Source: Hypanus sabinus
Lineage: Eukaryota
Length of the DNA: 64,000 nucleotides
NCBI RefSeq assembly: GCF_030144855.1
Contig: NC_082730.1
Coordinates: forward strand, 36,952,001-37,016,000
Reading direction: 5' to 3'
Each line of letters opens with the position of its first letter. The stretch's first letter is position 1. Positions 1 through 12,841 of the stretch are shown in pieces. Under the pieces are notes generated by a model. The model did not search any database. It was not told the DNA's origin and saw nothing but the letters and a program-made list of their open reading frames with translations. The position numbers were made by a program, and so were the translations under genes.

Positions 1-190
1 CTTCGATTGTTTGCAAGATTTGTGTTTTTTTTTCTCTTTCTCTGTGTGCATTGGGGGTTGGTCTTTATCTTTTTTTTTAATTGGGTTCTTTCGGGTTTCT
101 TGTTTTGCATCTGCCTGTAAGCAAACAAATCTCAAAGTTGTGTAATTTATACATTCTTTGATAATAAATGTATTTTGAATCTTTGAATCC
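1..190 (+). mobile_element. 3' end of a LINE (Rex1/L2-type 3' UTR)
   Basis: T-rich UTR, AATAAA, then a short tandem tail tttgaatc-tttgaatc; same style as the Rex1 tails elsewhere in the window. Confidence 0.55.
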
Positions 191-230
191 TTGTATGAAG
201 AGGCCCTAGTTTGTTAAGAATGTTAAAAGA

Positions 231-350
231 TCTGATGCAGCTTTTTATCCCAAATTATCAACAATTCCTTCACCCCAACAGATGCTGTTCAAACCACAGA
301 TTTCCTCCAACAAGATACTTCTTGTTTCTGATTTCCAAGATTAACTGCAC
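231..350 (+). mobile_element. Degenerate Penelope-like terminal repeat
   Basis: ctgatgcag...acagatgctg...tttcctccaaca...gatttccaag follows the same motif order as the better copies at 5679-5810 and 50740-50792. Confidence 0.45.
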
Positions 351-1095
351 AAGTGTGATCACTGGAAGATACAGATTATTTCTTAGCATCAAACTGTCCA
401 ATAGCCTCACTATTACTCCTCGCTGAATTGAGGTTGCATTTCCTTATGTTTTGCACTATGGTGAGACACTTGAGAGGCCAGAGTTGATTCTACCTGCTTG
501 CAGAACAGTGCAATTAAATTCAAAATGTGAAGCTGCTGTGTGGCTTGACAAAGATACATTTATAATGTACTGTATAGAAGAGATAGCTGGTCCTTTGGGT
601 CAAGTAACTTTTGCTAGTTGATTTGTTGGTGGCTGCTCTATTTTCTGTTTAAGTACCAGTGGTGACCCATTATCTGTGACATTATCTTCTCCCTTCAATC
701 ACCAGACTTGGCTAATCTGCAGGTATGCCTTTCTCAGTACTGCTATATTTCACTGTCCGTATTGTGCTCAGAGCCTAGAGATGAAAACTATTGTGATCAT
801 GACATTTTACTTTGGAATCTCCTCTATCATCACAATTGTAACTTGTAATGCTCATCATCTTGTGCCTTTGAACCAGAGTGGCTCTGTTTTCCATCATCTA
901 ACCACTTGAGTGATTACCTGTTGAGAATATGTGATATTTTCTACCTTGATATCACACAGATAAAAGCCTTCTGAGATTATATCCTAACATTCAATGAAGG
1001 GTCGGTTAAACTGCTTACAAGGAGGCATTCCAATGTGTCTGCCAGTGATAAGAGGAATATACCATGGATGATCATAGTCAAATTTTGAAAGTTAA

Positions 1096-1262
1096 ATTCA
1101 GAGGTTCAAAGGTCCAATTTAATGTCAGAGAAATGTATACAGTATACATCCTGAAATGCTTTTTTTCACAAACATCCACAAAACCAGAGAAGTGCCCCAA
1201 AGAATGAGCAACAGTTAAACTTAGGAACCCCAAAGTCCCTCTCTCCTCCCTCCCATGCGTCA
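1096..1262 (-). mobile_element. LINE 3' UTR fragment (Rex1-type)
   Basis: Starts with a ttcagaggttcaaaggtcc tail and tttaat (poly(A)-like signal on the minus strand), as in other minus-strand LINE ends here. Confidence 0.45.
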
Positions 1263-1429
1263 CTTTATAATTCTTGCGTTTAAAAGCCCTCAGATCCACA
1301 ACTCTAATTTTAATATAATTTCAAGTGATTGTTTCTTTATCGGATGTCGAAACACATTTGACTATTATTTGTAGTTAATCTTGGACAGACTTTATTTTCT
1401 GGCAGTCTTTGAGGGTTACGATTATCTTC

Positions 1430-1712
1430 ATCTGACACATGTTTATCGAAACGTTAAGTGAAATGTGTCATTTGTGTCAATAACCAACACAATCCAAAGA
1501 TTTGCTGGGGGCAGCCCATTGGTGTTGGCATGCATCCTGCGCAAGCCTAGCAGGCCAAAAACTTACCAGCCCAAATGTCTTTAGAATGTGGGCAGAAACT
1601 GGAGCACCTGGAGGAAACCCATGTGGTCATAGGGAGACTATACAAAGTCTGTAAGGAATTGAATCCTGGTCACCGGTACTGTAAACCATCACACTAACCA
1701 CAATGATGCTGC
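1430..1712 (-). mobile_element. tRNA-derived V-SINE-type SINE
   Basis: tgtctttagaatgtgggcagaaactggagcacctggaggaaacccatgtggtcatagggaga is the reverse-complemented V-SINE core; gaattgaatcc is a B-box remnant. Confidence 0.7.
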
Positions 1713-2874
1713 GTTGCTACTTATTCCTTGTCCACGAGCTGCAGTCAGTAACATTTGTCAAAAACAGAGCATATCATTCTAGAGTACATTGGATGATGAC
1801 TCACAGTTATAACTCACTACCACCTCTCCTGATCTTTACTCTGGTTCAGAAATCCCCGACCTGTAGAACTCATCCTCTCCTCTTTAAAGACTTCCCTGAG
1901 CATCTTCCTCTTTCTCTCATGCACTTCTCTGTACTATAATCTCAAATATGTATTTCATCAAATTTGGGTTGATAATGTTTCTGTGAAGTTTCAGGCGGCA
2001 TCTTATGGCATTAAACACAATATATAATTAAAATCTAATGCTACATCTAAATGCCAGTGTTCCATTATTGACAGCTGTTGCTTTAGCCATCTTGGCTATA
2101 AGATCTGAAATTCTCTTAGTAAATTTTTTCAACTTTTCAGTTATTATACTCAAGTAACTTGTGTATAATAACTAACAAATTGAAAAAAAGCTGGAAAATT
2201 TTAGGTGTTATCTTTAACAAACAAGGAAATTATTATACTCAAGTTAATCATTATTTGATTCTCATCAACCTCTACCAGTTTATTGATTTGTCGATATAAA
2301 TTTAGATGACAAATTAAGTTAACCTAAATTCACATGTTGTTTTGAACTGGTGGCAAGAATGTACACATATTCATATGCTTCTGAGTTTTCCTATTTTAAT
2401 TATTTTTTAAAAAATCAATTGTCAAAAGGAGCAGAGATAATAAATTTACTTATCAAGAAGAAACGTTTAACAAGACGGAAAGGATGCAAATTAGAATATA
2501 TTCCAATATTAAAACAAAATGAATATTGCCACTTTTTTCACTTGAAAGATCTACTACTTTGATAATGACTCACATCAAATAGATTTAGTAAAGCAAATTA
2601 TAAATGGTCATTAAAAAAATTGTTAGAAGGTAAAAGTAAATTAGGACCATAGCAAGCTGGTTAAAATTATGTCACCCTAGGGTCTATAACAAAACACACG
2701 AGATAGGAATTGAACAATCCCAAGGAGTTAATTAACAGATATAAATATCAAAGTGACTCTTGGAAATTCAAAGTAACGGAAGAATTAAATGCATAATGAA
2801 AGCAATTTCAGTTTGACCCTATTGCAACAATGGGCTTTGGTTAATCAAAAAAAAAAAAAAATTGTAGATCCTGA

Positions 2875-3381
2875 AAAGGTCTGCAGATGCTGGACATCCA
2901 GTGCAACACATGCAAAATACTGGAGGAGCTCAGCAGGTCAGGCAGCATCTACGGAAATGAATCAACAGTCAATGGTTTGGGGCGAGACCCTGCTTTGGGA
3001 CAGGAGTGGAAGGGGGAAGATGCCAGAGTAAAAAGGTGGGGGGAGGGGAAGGAGGATATCTAGAAGGTGATAAGTGAAGCCAAGTGGGTGGGAAAGGTAC
3101 AGGGCTGGAAAAGAAGGAATCTGATAGGATAGGAGAATGGGCCATGGGAGAAAGGGAAGAAGGAGGGGACCCAGGGAGAAGTAATAGGCAAGTGAGAAGA
3201 GATAAAAGGCCAAAGAGGGGAATAGAAGAAGGGGCAAGGGAAGAGAAAAAATTAACAGAAGGAAAATTAATATTCATGCCATCAAATTAGAGGTTACCCA
3301 GATGGAATATAAGTTGTTGCTCCTCCACCCTGAGGGTGGCCTCATCTTGGCACAGGAGTAGACCATGAACCAACATGTTGG
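2875..3381 (-). mobile_element. Penelope-like element 3' fragment (GIY-YIG endonuclease C-terminus plus terminal repeat)
   Basis: The minus strand reads NMLVHGLLLCQDEATLRVEEQQLIFHLGNL*FDGMNINF, then a pyrimidine-rich tract, then the terminal repeat (tgctgg...aaaatactggaggagctcagcaggtcaggcagcatct on +). Confidence 0.8.
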
Positions 3382-3738
3382 AGCTGTAGATACTGTTAAT
3401 CTGAAAAATGAGCAGGCAATTTTCTATATACTCAGCAGTTAAAGCAGCATCCATGGTTAAATAAAGTTTCAGATTAACAGTCTCTGGTTAGAAGTTCAGC
3501 TGTCACAGATTGCAGTATTTTTTAAAGATATTTGTGCCACAGGTCTACATACTTGAGTGGGTATTTACTTGTAATTTGAAATAATCTGTTCCAGGGATGA
3601 ATTATTCCTGGCATGTTTGGTTGGGATACAAAGATGTGCTCTCCTTTGAGGTAAATAAGAAATTGTAGCTTAAGAGTTCCATAGAGGGCTTGAACTAACT
3701 TTCACAAAAACATTAGTATGTTTATGTAATGTATTAGA

Positions 3739-3929
3739 GAAACATAGAAAACCTACAGCACAATATAGGCCCTTCAGCCCACAAAGCTATGCCAAACACG
3801 TCCTTACCAGAGAAATGACCTAGGGTTACCCATAGCCCTCCATTTTTCTGAGCTCCATATAGCTGTCCAGAAGTCTCTTAAAAGACCCTATCATATCCCC
3901 CTCCACCACCGTCACTGGCAGGTCATTCC
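3739..3929 (-). mobile_element. 5'-truncated CR1 LINE 3' end
   Basis: gaaacatagaaaacctacagcaca...aggcccttcagccc is a CR1 tail; candidate TSD ATTAGA at 3733-3738 and 3930-3935. Confidence 0.75.
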
Positions 3930-5530
3930 ATTAGAAACAAAATATGTTTTAACATACTTTGAGTGTTCCCAGACAAGGAACATGAGTTCCTCAGATTGTG
4001 CTTGTGAGTGTCAGCATCTTAAAGAACTTAAACTTGGCTGAATTGCAGACATTGCAATTCAAAAGTGAAAGATGGAATTCCCTGGATAATTTAGATTCCA
4101 GAAGCAGCAAAATCATTTGGTTTAGGTTGAAGCCTGTATTTGATGCTCTGCATGACTAAAGGATATGAGAACAAGTCATCAGACTGTGAGGATCCAGCAT
4201 GTGATGACGCTGCAGTCTTAGCTTTCAGCTGTCCATTAGCTTTGAAGTACATCTTTTGTATGGAGACAAAGAAAAACAAGAAAAGACAGTCAATCTGGTT
4301 ATGGTATATGGTGGTATAGGAGTGATGAGGAATCTACCATAAGTGCATAAGATATAAGAGTACAATTAGGCCATTTGACCCATTGGCTCTGCCACTTCAT
4401 CATGGTTGGTGCATTGTCCTTCTCATCTTTTTTTTTATGCCTTCTCCCCATGCCCCTTAATGCTCTGACTAGTCAAGAATCCATCAATCTCTGCTTTAAA
4501 TGTACCCAATGACGTGGCCTCCATTGCTATCTGCAGCAATGAATTCCATAGATTCACCACTCTCTGGCTAAAGTAATATTTCCTCTTGTCCATTCTAAAA
4601 GAACACCCCTTTATTCTGAGGCTGTGTCCTCTGATCATGGACTCTATCACCACAGGAAACATCTTCTCTATATCCACACAATCAAAGCCTTTCAATACTT
4701 GTTAAGTTTTCAAATGAGGTCACCCCTTGTTCTTCCGAGTTCCAGTGAGTAGAGGCCCAAAGCTATCAAACGCTCCTCATATGACAAGCCTTTCAATCCT
4801 AGAATTGTTTTCTTGAGCCTTTTTTGAACCCTCTCCAATGTCAGAATATCCTTTCTTAAAACTGCTTGCAATAATCCCATTGAGGTCTCAACAGTGCTAC
4901 ATAAAACTTCAACAATACGTTGTTGGTTTTATATTCTAGTCCTTTGAAAGAAATGCTAATACCACATTTGCCTTCCTCACATTAGAAACAGCCTGCTAAT
5001 TAACCTTTAGGGAACCCTGCACAATGACTCCAAGGTCCCTTTGCACCTCAGATTTTTTCAGTTTTCTCTCCATTTAGAAAATAGTCTACCCTTTCATTTC
5101 TTCTACCAAAGCGCATGACCTTATACTTCCCGACACTGTATTCCATCTGCCCTTTATTGCCCATTCTCCTAATCCCTCTAAGTTCTTCCATAGCCTCTCT
5201 ACTTCCTCAAAATTACCTGATCCTCCATCTATCTTAGTATTGGCCACAAACTTTGCCGCAAAGCCATCAACACCGTCATACAAGTTGACATATAATGTAA
5301 AAAGAAGTGGTCTCAACACAGAACCCTCTGGAACACCATTACACACCAGCAGCCAACCAGAAAAGGCTCTCTTTATTCCCACTCTTTGCCTCCTGCCAAA
5401 AAGCTAATGCTTTATCTATGCTAGTATTTTTCCGGTAATACTATGGGCTCTTTATTTGATAAGCAGCCTCATGTGTGGCACCTTGTCAAAGTCCTACTGA
5501 AAATCCAAGTACACAACATCAACCAATCAT

Positions 5531-5810
5531 CACACACAAAATGCTGGAGGAACTCAGCAGGCCATGAAGCATCTATGGAAAACAGTGAACAGTTAACATT
5601 TCCAGCTGAGACCCTTCATCAGGTCTGGTGTGATGTTGCCATTGCTAGAGTGAAAGTTTTGGGGAAACTGAAAAGTGACCTGTTGAAGGGTATCAGCCCG
5701 ATACATTAGCTGTGTACTCTTTTCCGTGGATGTTGCCCGGCCCGCTAAGTTTCTCCAGCATTTTGTGTGTGTGGCTTGGATTTCTAGTATTTGCATATTT
5801 TCTCTTGTTT
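5531..5810. mobile_element. Inverted pair of Penelope-like terminal repeats inserted in a CR1
   Basis: 5531-5625 (cacacaaaatgctggaggaactcagcaggcc...gagacccttcatcagg) and 5679-5810 (cctgttgaaggg...ttctccagcattttgtgtg) are diverged reverse complements around a ~55-nt spacer. Confidence 0.85.
5589..5628 (-). ncRNA. Minimal type I hammerhead ribozyme motif (probably decayed)
   Basis: Minus strand cagac-CUGAUGA-agggucucagcug-GAAA-ug-UU-aacug. Both core boxes are intact; stems I and II have mismatches. Confidence 0.55.
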
Positions 5811-7999
5811 ACGGTTGAACACCAACAAATTCCCCTGTTTGTTATTTCTTCAAAGAATTCTGACAGATTTGTCAGGCAAGCTTTTCCCTTGAGGAAACTA
5901 TGGCCTATTTTATCAGTGTGTCTCTAAGAACCCCAAAACCATATCCTTAACAATCAATTCCAATATTTTCCCAACCACTGATGACAGGCTAACTAGCCTA
6001 TCATTTCCTTTCATTCTGTGTTTTCCCATTTTTCAACAATGGGTGAAATTTGCAATTTTCCATTCCTCCAGAACCATGCTGGAATCAATTGATTCTTGAA
6101 AGATTATTACTAATGCCTCCACAGTCTCTTCACCCATCTCTTTCAACCTGGCATGTATACCATCTGATCTGGCTGATTTATCTACATTCAGACATTTCAC
6201 TCTCATAATGGCAACTTTGCACACTTCTGCCCACTGATATACTCAAATTTCTAGCAAACTGCTCGTGTCTTCCACCATGAAGACTAATGCAAAAGAGTTA
6301 TTCAGTTCATTTACCATTTCTGTGTCCTCCATTACTTCACCAGCATCATTTTCCAGTGGTTCAACATCTACTCTTGCCTATCTTTTACACTTTTACATTT
6401 TATGAATGTTAAGAAACTTTTGATATCTTCTTTAATATTGCCCTTGTATTCCATCTTTTCCTTCTTTAAGATTCTTTCAGTTTCCTTCTGTTGTTTTTAA
6501 AAGCTTCCCAATTCTTTAACTTTCACTAATTTCTGCTCCGTCATCTGCCCTCTCTTTGGCTTTTATGTTGGCTTTGACTTCTCTTGTCAGCCATACTGCC
6601 TTTAGAGCATTTCTTCCTCTTTGGGATGCGTATATCCGCCTCTGAATTGCTCCCAAATGTTCCTGCCGTTGCTACTCTGCTACCATCCCTGCCAGTGCTC
6701 CTTTCTAATTAATTTTGGCCAACTGCTCTCTCATGCCTCTGTAATTTTTTTTTACTCCACTGTAATACTGATACATCTGACTTTAACTTCTCCTAAAATT
6801 GCAGGGTGAATTCTATCATGCTATGATTGATCATGTCCCCAAAGGGTTCCTTTACCTTAAGCTCTCCACTCAATTCCGGTTCATTTCACGAAACTCAATC
6901 CAGAATAACTGATCCCCTAGTGGACTCAACCACGAGCTGCTCTAAAAATCCATCTCATAGGCATTCCAGAACTTACCCCTCATGGAGTCTAGCATCAACC
7001 TAATTTTTCCAATCTACATGTATATTGAAATCCCTCATCATAATTGTAACATTGCCTATTTGGCATACATTTTGTATCTCCCATTGTAATTTGTAGACCA
7101 TATCTTTACCACTGTTCAAGGGTCTGAATATATCTCTATCAGGGTCATTTTTAACCTTGCAGTTCCATAATTCAACCTAAAATGATTCAACACCTTCCGA
7201 TCCTATGCCATCTCTTTCTCATGATTTGATTTCGTTTATTATCAACAGAGCCATGCCACCCCCTTTACCTAACTGCCTGCTCTTTCAATACAATGTGCAT
7301 CCTTGTATGTTATGTTCCCAGCTATAACCTTTCAGCCATGGTTCAGTGATGCCCGCACGTCAAACATGCTAATATATGCCAAACATTGGTGGAAGAGAAT
7401 ATAATTGGCAAAATAATACCATTTGCCTAATGAAATGCTCTAAGATTTGCATTGCCTGCCCTTCTTGGGGCTGTATAAGAACATGGAATAAAAGGGTAAG
7501 ATCCACTTATCATGGCCTAACTGTAACTGAGGAAGTTTCAAGAAGGGGGTATGACGAGAAACTTTAGATAATAGGAAGCAACTTGAAATGCAGTTTACCA
7601 AGAGTAATAATCTTTGGGTTACATGAATCATAAGCAATTCTTTCCAAGAAATCAGAATTTAATGCATAGCTTAAAGATGCTGGGGTTGGAAGGAATTTTG
7701 ACTCATGGAACACCATCGTCAGCATTGGGAAAGGCAGAGCTGTTTTGCTGAGAGTGTATTGGGCTGACAAAAAGTGTGCTCCAACTTTAAACAAGGCTTT
7801 ACATTGCTACTGGTAATGACGGTATGGGATTAAGGTGAAAGAAAAGTTGTACAATTGAAGAGGGATGATAAGGCCATTGAGCACAGTAATGACTTGGGTA
7901 ATGAGAAGCAGAAGGAGACTGGAAAGCACAGATAATTTACCATTAATAGTACATCAGTTAAACAAACAAAATAAAATTGCTAAGAAAAATATTAAAGAT

Positions 8000-9370
8000 T
8001 CTGCATATGATTGTACAAACTAATTAAAACAGAATAGATGAACTGAAGGCACAAATAATGGCAAATCTGTTACAGTGATATGGTTGCATGGAGATGGTAT
8101 ATGGATTAAAATTAAATATTGACATTTAGAAAGGACAGGCAATTATAAAAGGAGTGCTCTGGTAACAAAAGATCAGCTAAGAATAGTCTTGAGAAAAAAT
8201 CTTGACTCAGATAACCTGCAATTCAAATCATTATGGGTGCAAGATAAACAAATACATTTTGGAGTGGATTACAACAGATTCATATTTGGAAAGGGAATTA
8301 ATCAAGAAATAAGGAATATTTGAGGAAAAATAATGCAGCACTTACATGTCCAAATAGACTGGGAGAATTAAATTGACAAAAGTAATTTGGATGATATGTT
8401 TATAGATCACATTCAAAATGGATTTCTGGAATTAGATGTCATTGAACGAACTAGGAAACCAGCTTACTTTGACCTTATTTTGTATAAAGAGGCAGAGTTA
8501 ATTAGTGAACTGAAAATAAGGGGTCCTCTGGAGAATGCTGAATCCAAATGATAGAATTTTATATGTTGTTTTAGAGATGCAGGCTTGTTGTTAACTAGAA
8601 CCTTGAACTTTAGAAAAGCCAATAATAGCATCAGGGGTATATTGATCTTTCATCAAACATAGATTAAAAGATTTGCTAGTTAATGAGCGACCGGTAATGT
8701 TTTAAAATGTTCAGTAAATGCAAATTCCATTCAGATATAGATACACAAGAGAAAAGCAATCCACAGTTAATTAAGGAGATTAAAGCAAGTATTAGATTAA
8801 AAGAAGAGGCTTATCATGGATCCAAAAGTAATAAACCTAAGGAATGGGAGAAATTTGTGAATCAGCAACAAATAACCCAAAAAATAAATAAAGGGAATAA
8901 AATTGGATTATAGGAGTAAATCAGATGTAAAAAGTAAGAGATGCGACAATATTCTCTAGAATTTGGAACTAATCCAGTCTGAATCAGAAGGAAAAAAGGT
9001 ATCATTGTTAAGTCAGAAAGCGGGGTGGAAGAAAAGATTATGAGCCAACTAATGTCACAACTGCTGTTATTAAAATGTTGAAATCCATCATTTAGGAGAT
9101 CTAATCAGGCTGCTTAAAAATCATAATATAGTTAAGCTGAATCTGGATTGCTTTCTGAAAGAAAATTTGTATTTGCCATTTTGAATGGAGATATTTTGAG
9201 GTACATAGTTACTAGCAGGGAGGATAAGGAGAGGGTAGTGGATACAGGATATCTGTATTTAGCAAAGGTATTTGTTAAGGTACCACAGAAAAGGCCGTTA
9301 CATTAGATAGAGTTCTCAAGATTGAAGTAATATTTTTAATATGGATTCAAATGCTAGTAAAGGACAGAAT
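8000..9370 (+). mobile_element. Old, heavily decayed CR1 LINE ORF2
   Basis: Remnants DELKAQI (gatgaactgaaggcacaaata), RKDRQ and KVP.KR (aaggtaccacagaaaagg) in CR1 order; a further LVRP.L..CVQF-like remnant near 10170-10205. Confidence 0.6.
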
Positions 9371-9644
9371 TTTTGATATCTTGTATTTTAAAAGTTTATG
9401 CATATCAAAGATTTTCACAAGCATTGAATAATAGTATTAGCCATTACATTTGACAACCCTGAATATGGGGCCTCACCAACTGTCAAAGTCATTTTGTAGT
9501 GCAGCAGCTTGCCTGTGCTGAGAAAGTTCTGATTTCACACATTAATACATAGACATTATATGTAGAGAGCCAGGTTCACAGCAAAAGAGTGCATTCAGGC
9601 CTACATTGGAAGAGACAATATGGCCCAGGAGAAGATGATCATTG

Positions 9645-9970
9645 AGCACAGCATAGAAACAGGCCCCCCATTCCATCGTGGCCATTTTGCACCAACCCCA
9701 TTTCATTCTTCCTGCATTTGCATCAACTTCACACAGATTCTACCCCACTCCTACGCTCTGGGGGTAATTTACAGTAGTTAATTAAACTACTAAGCTGTAT
9801 GTCTTTGGGATGTGTAGGGGGGGCGCCAACACATTCAGATGAACCTACATGGTGACAGAGAGAGCAGGCAAACTCCGCAGAGACAGTGCAAGAGATAAAA
9901 GATCCGTATCGAACTTTGGACACTGAAGCTGTGGGGTAGCAGCTCTACCATCTGCCCCATTCTGCCACCC
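9645..9970 (-). mobile_element. HE1-like V-SINE (tRNA head, CR1-derived tail)
   Basis: Minus-strand head gggtggcagaatggggcagatggtagagctgct...aagttcgatac (A/B boxes), V-core and a CR1-type tail (gcatagaaacaggcccc on +). Confidence 0.7.
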
Positions 9971-10696
9971 AAGTCATGGGGCAAAGAAGGTTTGCCCCTC
10001 TATTTTCTTACTGGTCAATAAAGACCACTGCATTCCATTATGTACAGTGTTACCATGGTACGCTGGGACATTGGATCAAGCAAAATTGCTAGTACTGCAG
10101 TTAGAAAAGATCTGTTATAAGGCACTTAGGGTATAAAAATAATGAAATACTGCTAAGGTTTTGCAATGCTTTGGTAAGGCCTAATTTAGACTGTGTGTGC
10201 AGTTTTAATCTTGAAACCTAAGTACGATGCTTGCCTCGAAATTAGTGTGATGAAGGTGTTTAGAGAGTGGAGTTTAACAATGCATTTGCAGAAGCACTTT
10301 TAACACTGCATCTAAATCCTGATAATGTTCTTACTTGATCTTGCAGTATATTCCAAAACCATTTTCCTCAGCACTGTTGACAAGCTGCATGCAGCCAAAT
10401 CAACATTGTATACATGAAGTATAATGTAATTTGCTTAGAAGCAGATACACTTCCATACCAGGTTAATTTTTATAGTCAAAATAACAGTGCTATGAACTAG
10501 ATTATAGAGTCCATTAATCTGATCTATATCAGCTGAGAGAGAAGACCATGGTAGTTGTTTGAGGCAAAGAATGTACTGCTATGTAAAGCTAAGGTAGGGC
10601 TTTGTTTCAGAAAGAAAGATTTCCTACAGTGCTTAGAGCCTGCTCAGTGACTGATTACAGAGCAGGAGGAACAACAGATGAACTGTGTTCAATAAA

Positions 10697-10760
10697 AACA
10701 CAAAATGCTGGCAGAACTCAGCAGGCCAGACAGCATCTATGGGAGGAGGTAGTGACGACA
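10697..10760 (-). mobile_element. Penelope-like terminal repeat fragment
   Basis: acacaaaatgctggcagaactcagcaggccagacagcatctatggg is closely similar to the 5531 and 25771 copies. Confidence 0.75.
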
Positions 10761-10849
10761 TCTAAACATAATCTAAACATAAACTGTGTTCGTGTTGTTT
10801 AGCAGAGATCTGCCACTTAGACTATCAACTGATTGGTCCTTGAATTCTA

Positions 10850-11060
10850 GCTTAGAATCTTGAGAATTTAGACTTCATTACTTAATTAAGTCTGGAATTA
10901 AAAACCTATTATCAGTAATGGTGACCAGGAAATTGCAGCAGTGTTGTTAAAAAACCTGTTTGACCAATGTTGCTCAGCAAAGGAAATGCACTATCCTTCC
11001 TTTTTCTGACAATCTTTTTAACTCCAGACCATTAATGCAATTGATTCTGAACTGATACAT
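10850..11060 (+). mobile_element. Old SINE-like interspersed repeat (related copies near 35270-35440 and 52690-52895)
   Basis: Shared motif order aaaacc...ggaaat(c)tgc..tccttac...ctccag...attgattct in three places. Confidence 0.5.
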
Positions 11061-11084
11061 TCTAGCAAGACTTTCAGTTCAGAG

Positions 11085-11720
11085 AGTCAGAGTGCCACAG
11101 ACACAAAGAGCATGAAAGTAAGTCCTTTGGCCAAACTTGCTGTATAAATCAATCCCATGTTTGGCCCATGTCCGCAAACCCTTTCCTATCTATGTGCCTG
11201 TCCAAATATTAAATGATAATATACCTGTCTTAACCACTTCCTCCAGCAGCCCATTCCATATACTGACCAACTCCCTAGGAGAAAATGTTTACCCCTCAGG
11301 CTCCTGACACACTTCTTACCTCTTACCTGAAACCGGAAACCTCTCGTTCTTGATTCCATTACTCTGGAGAACAGTCTATACATATTTCCTCATGAGTATA
11401 CACTTACCTATAAAATCACTCTGCATTCTTCAGCACTCCAATGAAAACCACCCAGTGCTTTAAACCTATCTCCTTAACTCCCTCCCTTGAATCTTGGAAA
11501 CCTTCTCATATATCTCCTCTGCACTTTTTGCAGCTAAGTGACTTCTCTTCTCAAGCATTGTGAACAAATCTGAACACAGTATTCCAAATGTGACCTTGCT
11601 AGCATTTGCAACATAACATCCGAACTTCTGTACTGAACGCCCTTCTTCACAATCCTATCCACCTATGATGCCACTTTCAGGAAGCCATGTACTTGTACTC
11701 TTAGTTTCCTCTGTCATGGG
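11085..11720 (-). mobile_element. CR1 LINE 3' fragment
   Basis: Minus ORF LFSRVMESRTRGFRFQVRG...LRGKHF plus a CR1 tail. Confidence 0.75.
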
Positions 11721-11772
11721 ACTTAGGACCCATCAATGTGTAATTAGGACTGGACTATAAAATCAAGCTTAT

Positions 11773-12690
11773 TCAAGATTCAAGTTTGTTTAATGTACTG
11801 GAAATAATTGTTAACTCCAGATCTGATGCAGCACAAGTAGAAATACAAGAAGACAAAGAACACAATAATAATAAAGAACACAATAAATAAAAATGTGTAA
11901 GGTAACTAGTGTACATAGATTGACCATAGATTGTGTCCATAAAGTGATGTGAGGTCACTGACAGGAAATAATACAGGTGTGATGGTTGAGGGTGTAGAGG
12001 TGTGCATTGGAAGGTGAAGGTGTTGCTAAACCTTACTGTTTGGGGAACATTATTTTTTTTTAACTCTGGTGGTCCTGACATGGATGCTACATGGCCTCCT
12101 CCCTAATGGATGTGGCACTAACAGTTCATGAGCAGGGTGGGTGGGGTTCTTCATCATGACACCGGCCCTTTTCCAGCACCTTCCTACACTTATATATCTC
12201 CTTGATGGTGGGTTGACTAGTGCCGGAGATGCACTGGACAATTTTGATTACTTATTGTAGAGCTTTCCTCTCTGCCACAGTGCAGTTTCTGTACCGTGCT
12301 GTGATGCAGTTTGTTAGGATGCTCTCTACTGGTGCATCCTATAATGTGAGATTGGATGTGCATAGTCCAGCTCCCTTTAGCCTTCTCCGAAAGTTGAGGC
12401 ATTGGTGAGCTTTCCTGATTGTGTGTATAATGCTTTTTGAGACTATAAGAGGCTTGGCGAGCTTTGTACTCCCAAGAGTTTGAATTTGCTCACAATATCC
12501 ATTGCTATGCTGCTGATGTAATGAGGAGTGTCAGTGGTGAGAGTTATCCAGAAGTAATTATAGCCACCTCCTTTGTCTTGTTTAACATTGTGGAAGATGA
12601 ACCTGGCCTCGAGCTCTTCCACCTCTTTTCTGTATGCCATTTAATCGTTGCTGGCAATGAGCCCAATTTACCAGTGAAATCCACATCCAG
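11773..12690 (-). mobile_element. Rex1/Babar LINE 3' fragment
   Basis: ttcaagattcaag tail; peptides AYRKEVEEL, VSKFKLLGV, HPAHELLVPHPLGRR. Confidence 0.8.
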
Positions 12691-12841
12691 TGACTGATGA
12701 TAAGTGACCTTATAAAGCAATATGACAAAATATTTTCATGTAAAGTATTCAGAGAGCAAGGCACAAGTAAAATGCATTTTTTTACAATTCTTCAAAAATA
12801 GACAAATTTCCCGTGTTTTACCATCCCAGTAGCAATGATTT

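Larger units (their letters stand above)
4337..7370 (-). mobile_element. Decayed CR1 LINE ORF2 (endonuclease, RT and 3' tail), interrupted by a Penelope insert
   Basis: Minus-strand fragments GHSLRIKG...FSQRVVNLWNSL, GVPEGSVLRPLLFTLYVN...KFVANTKIDG, KS..SDGIH..LKE..EWKIAN. Many frameshifts. Confidence 0.9.
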
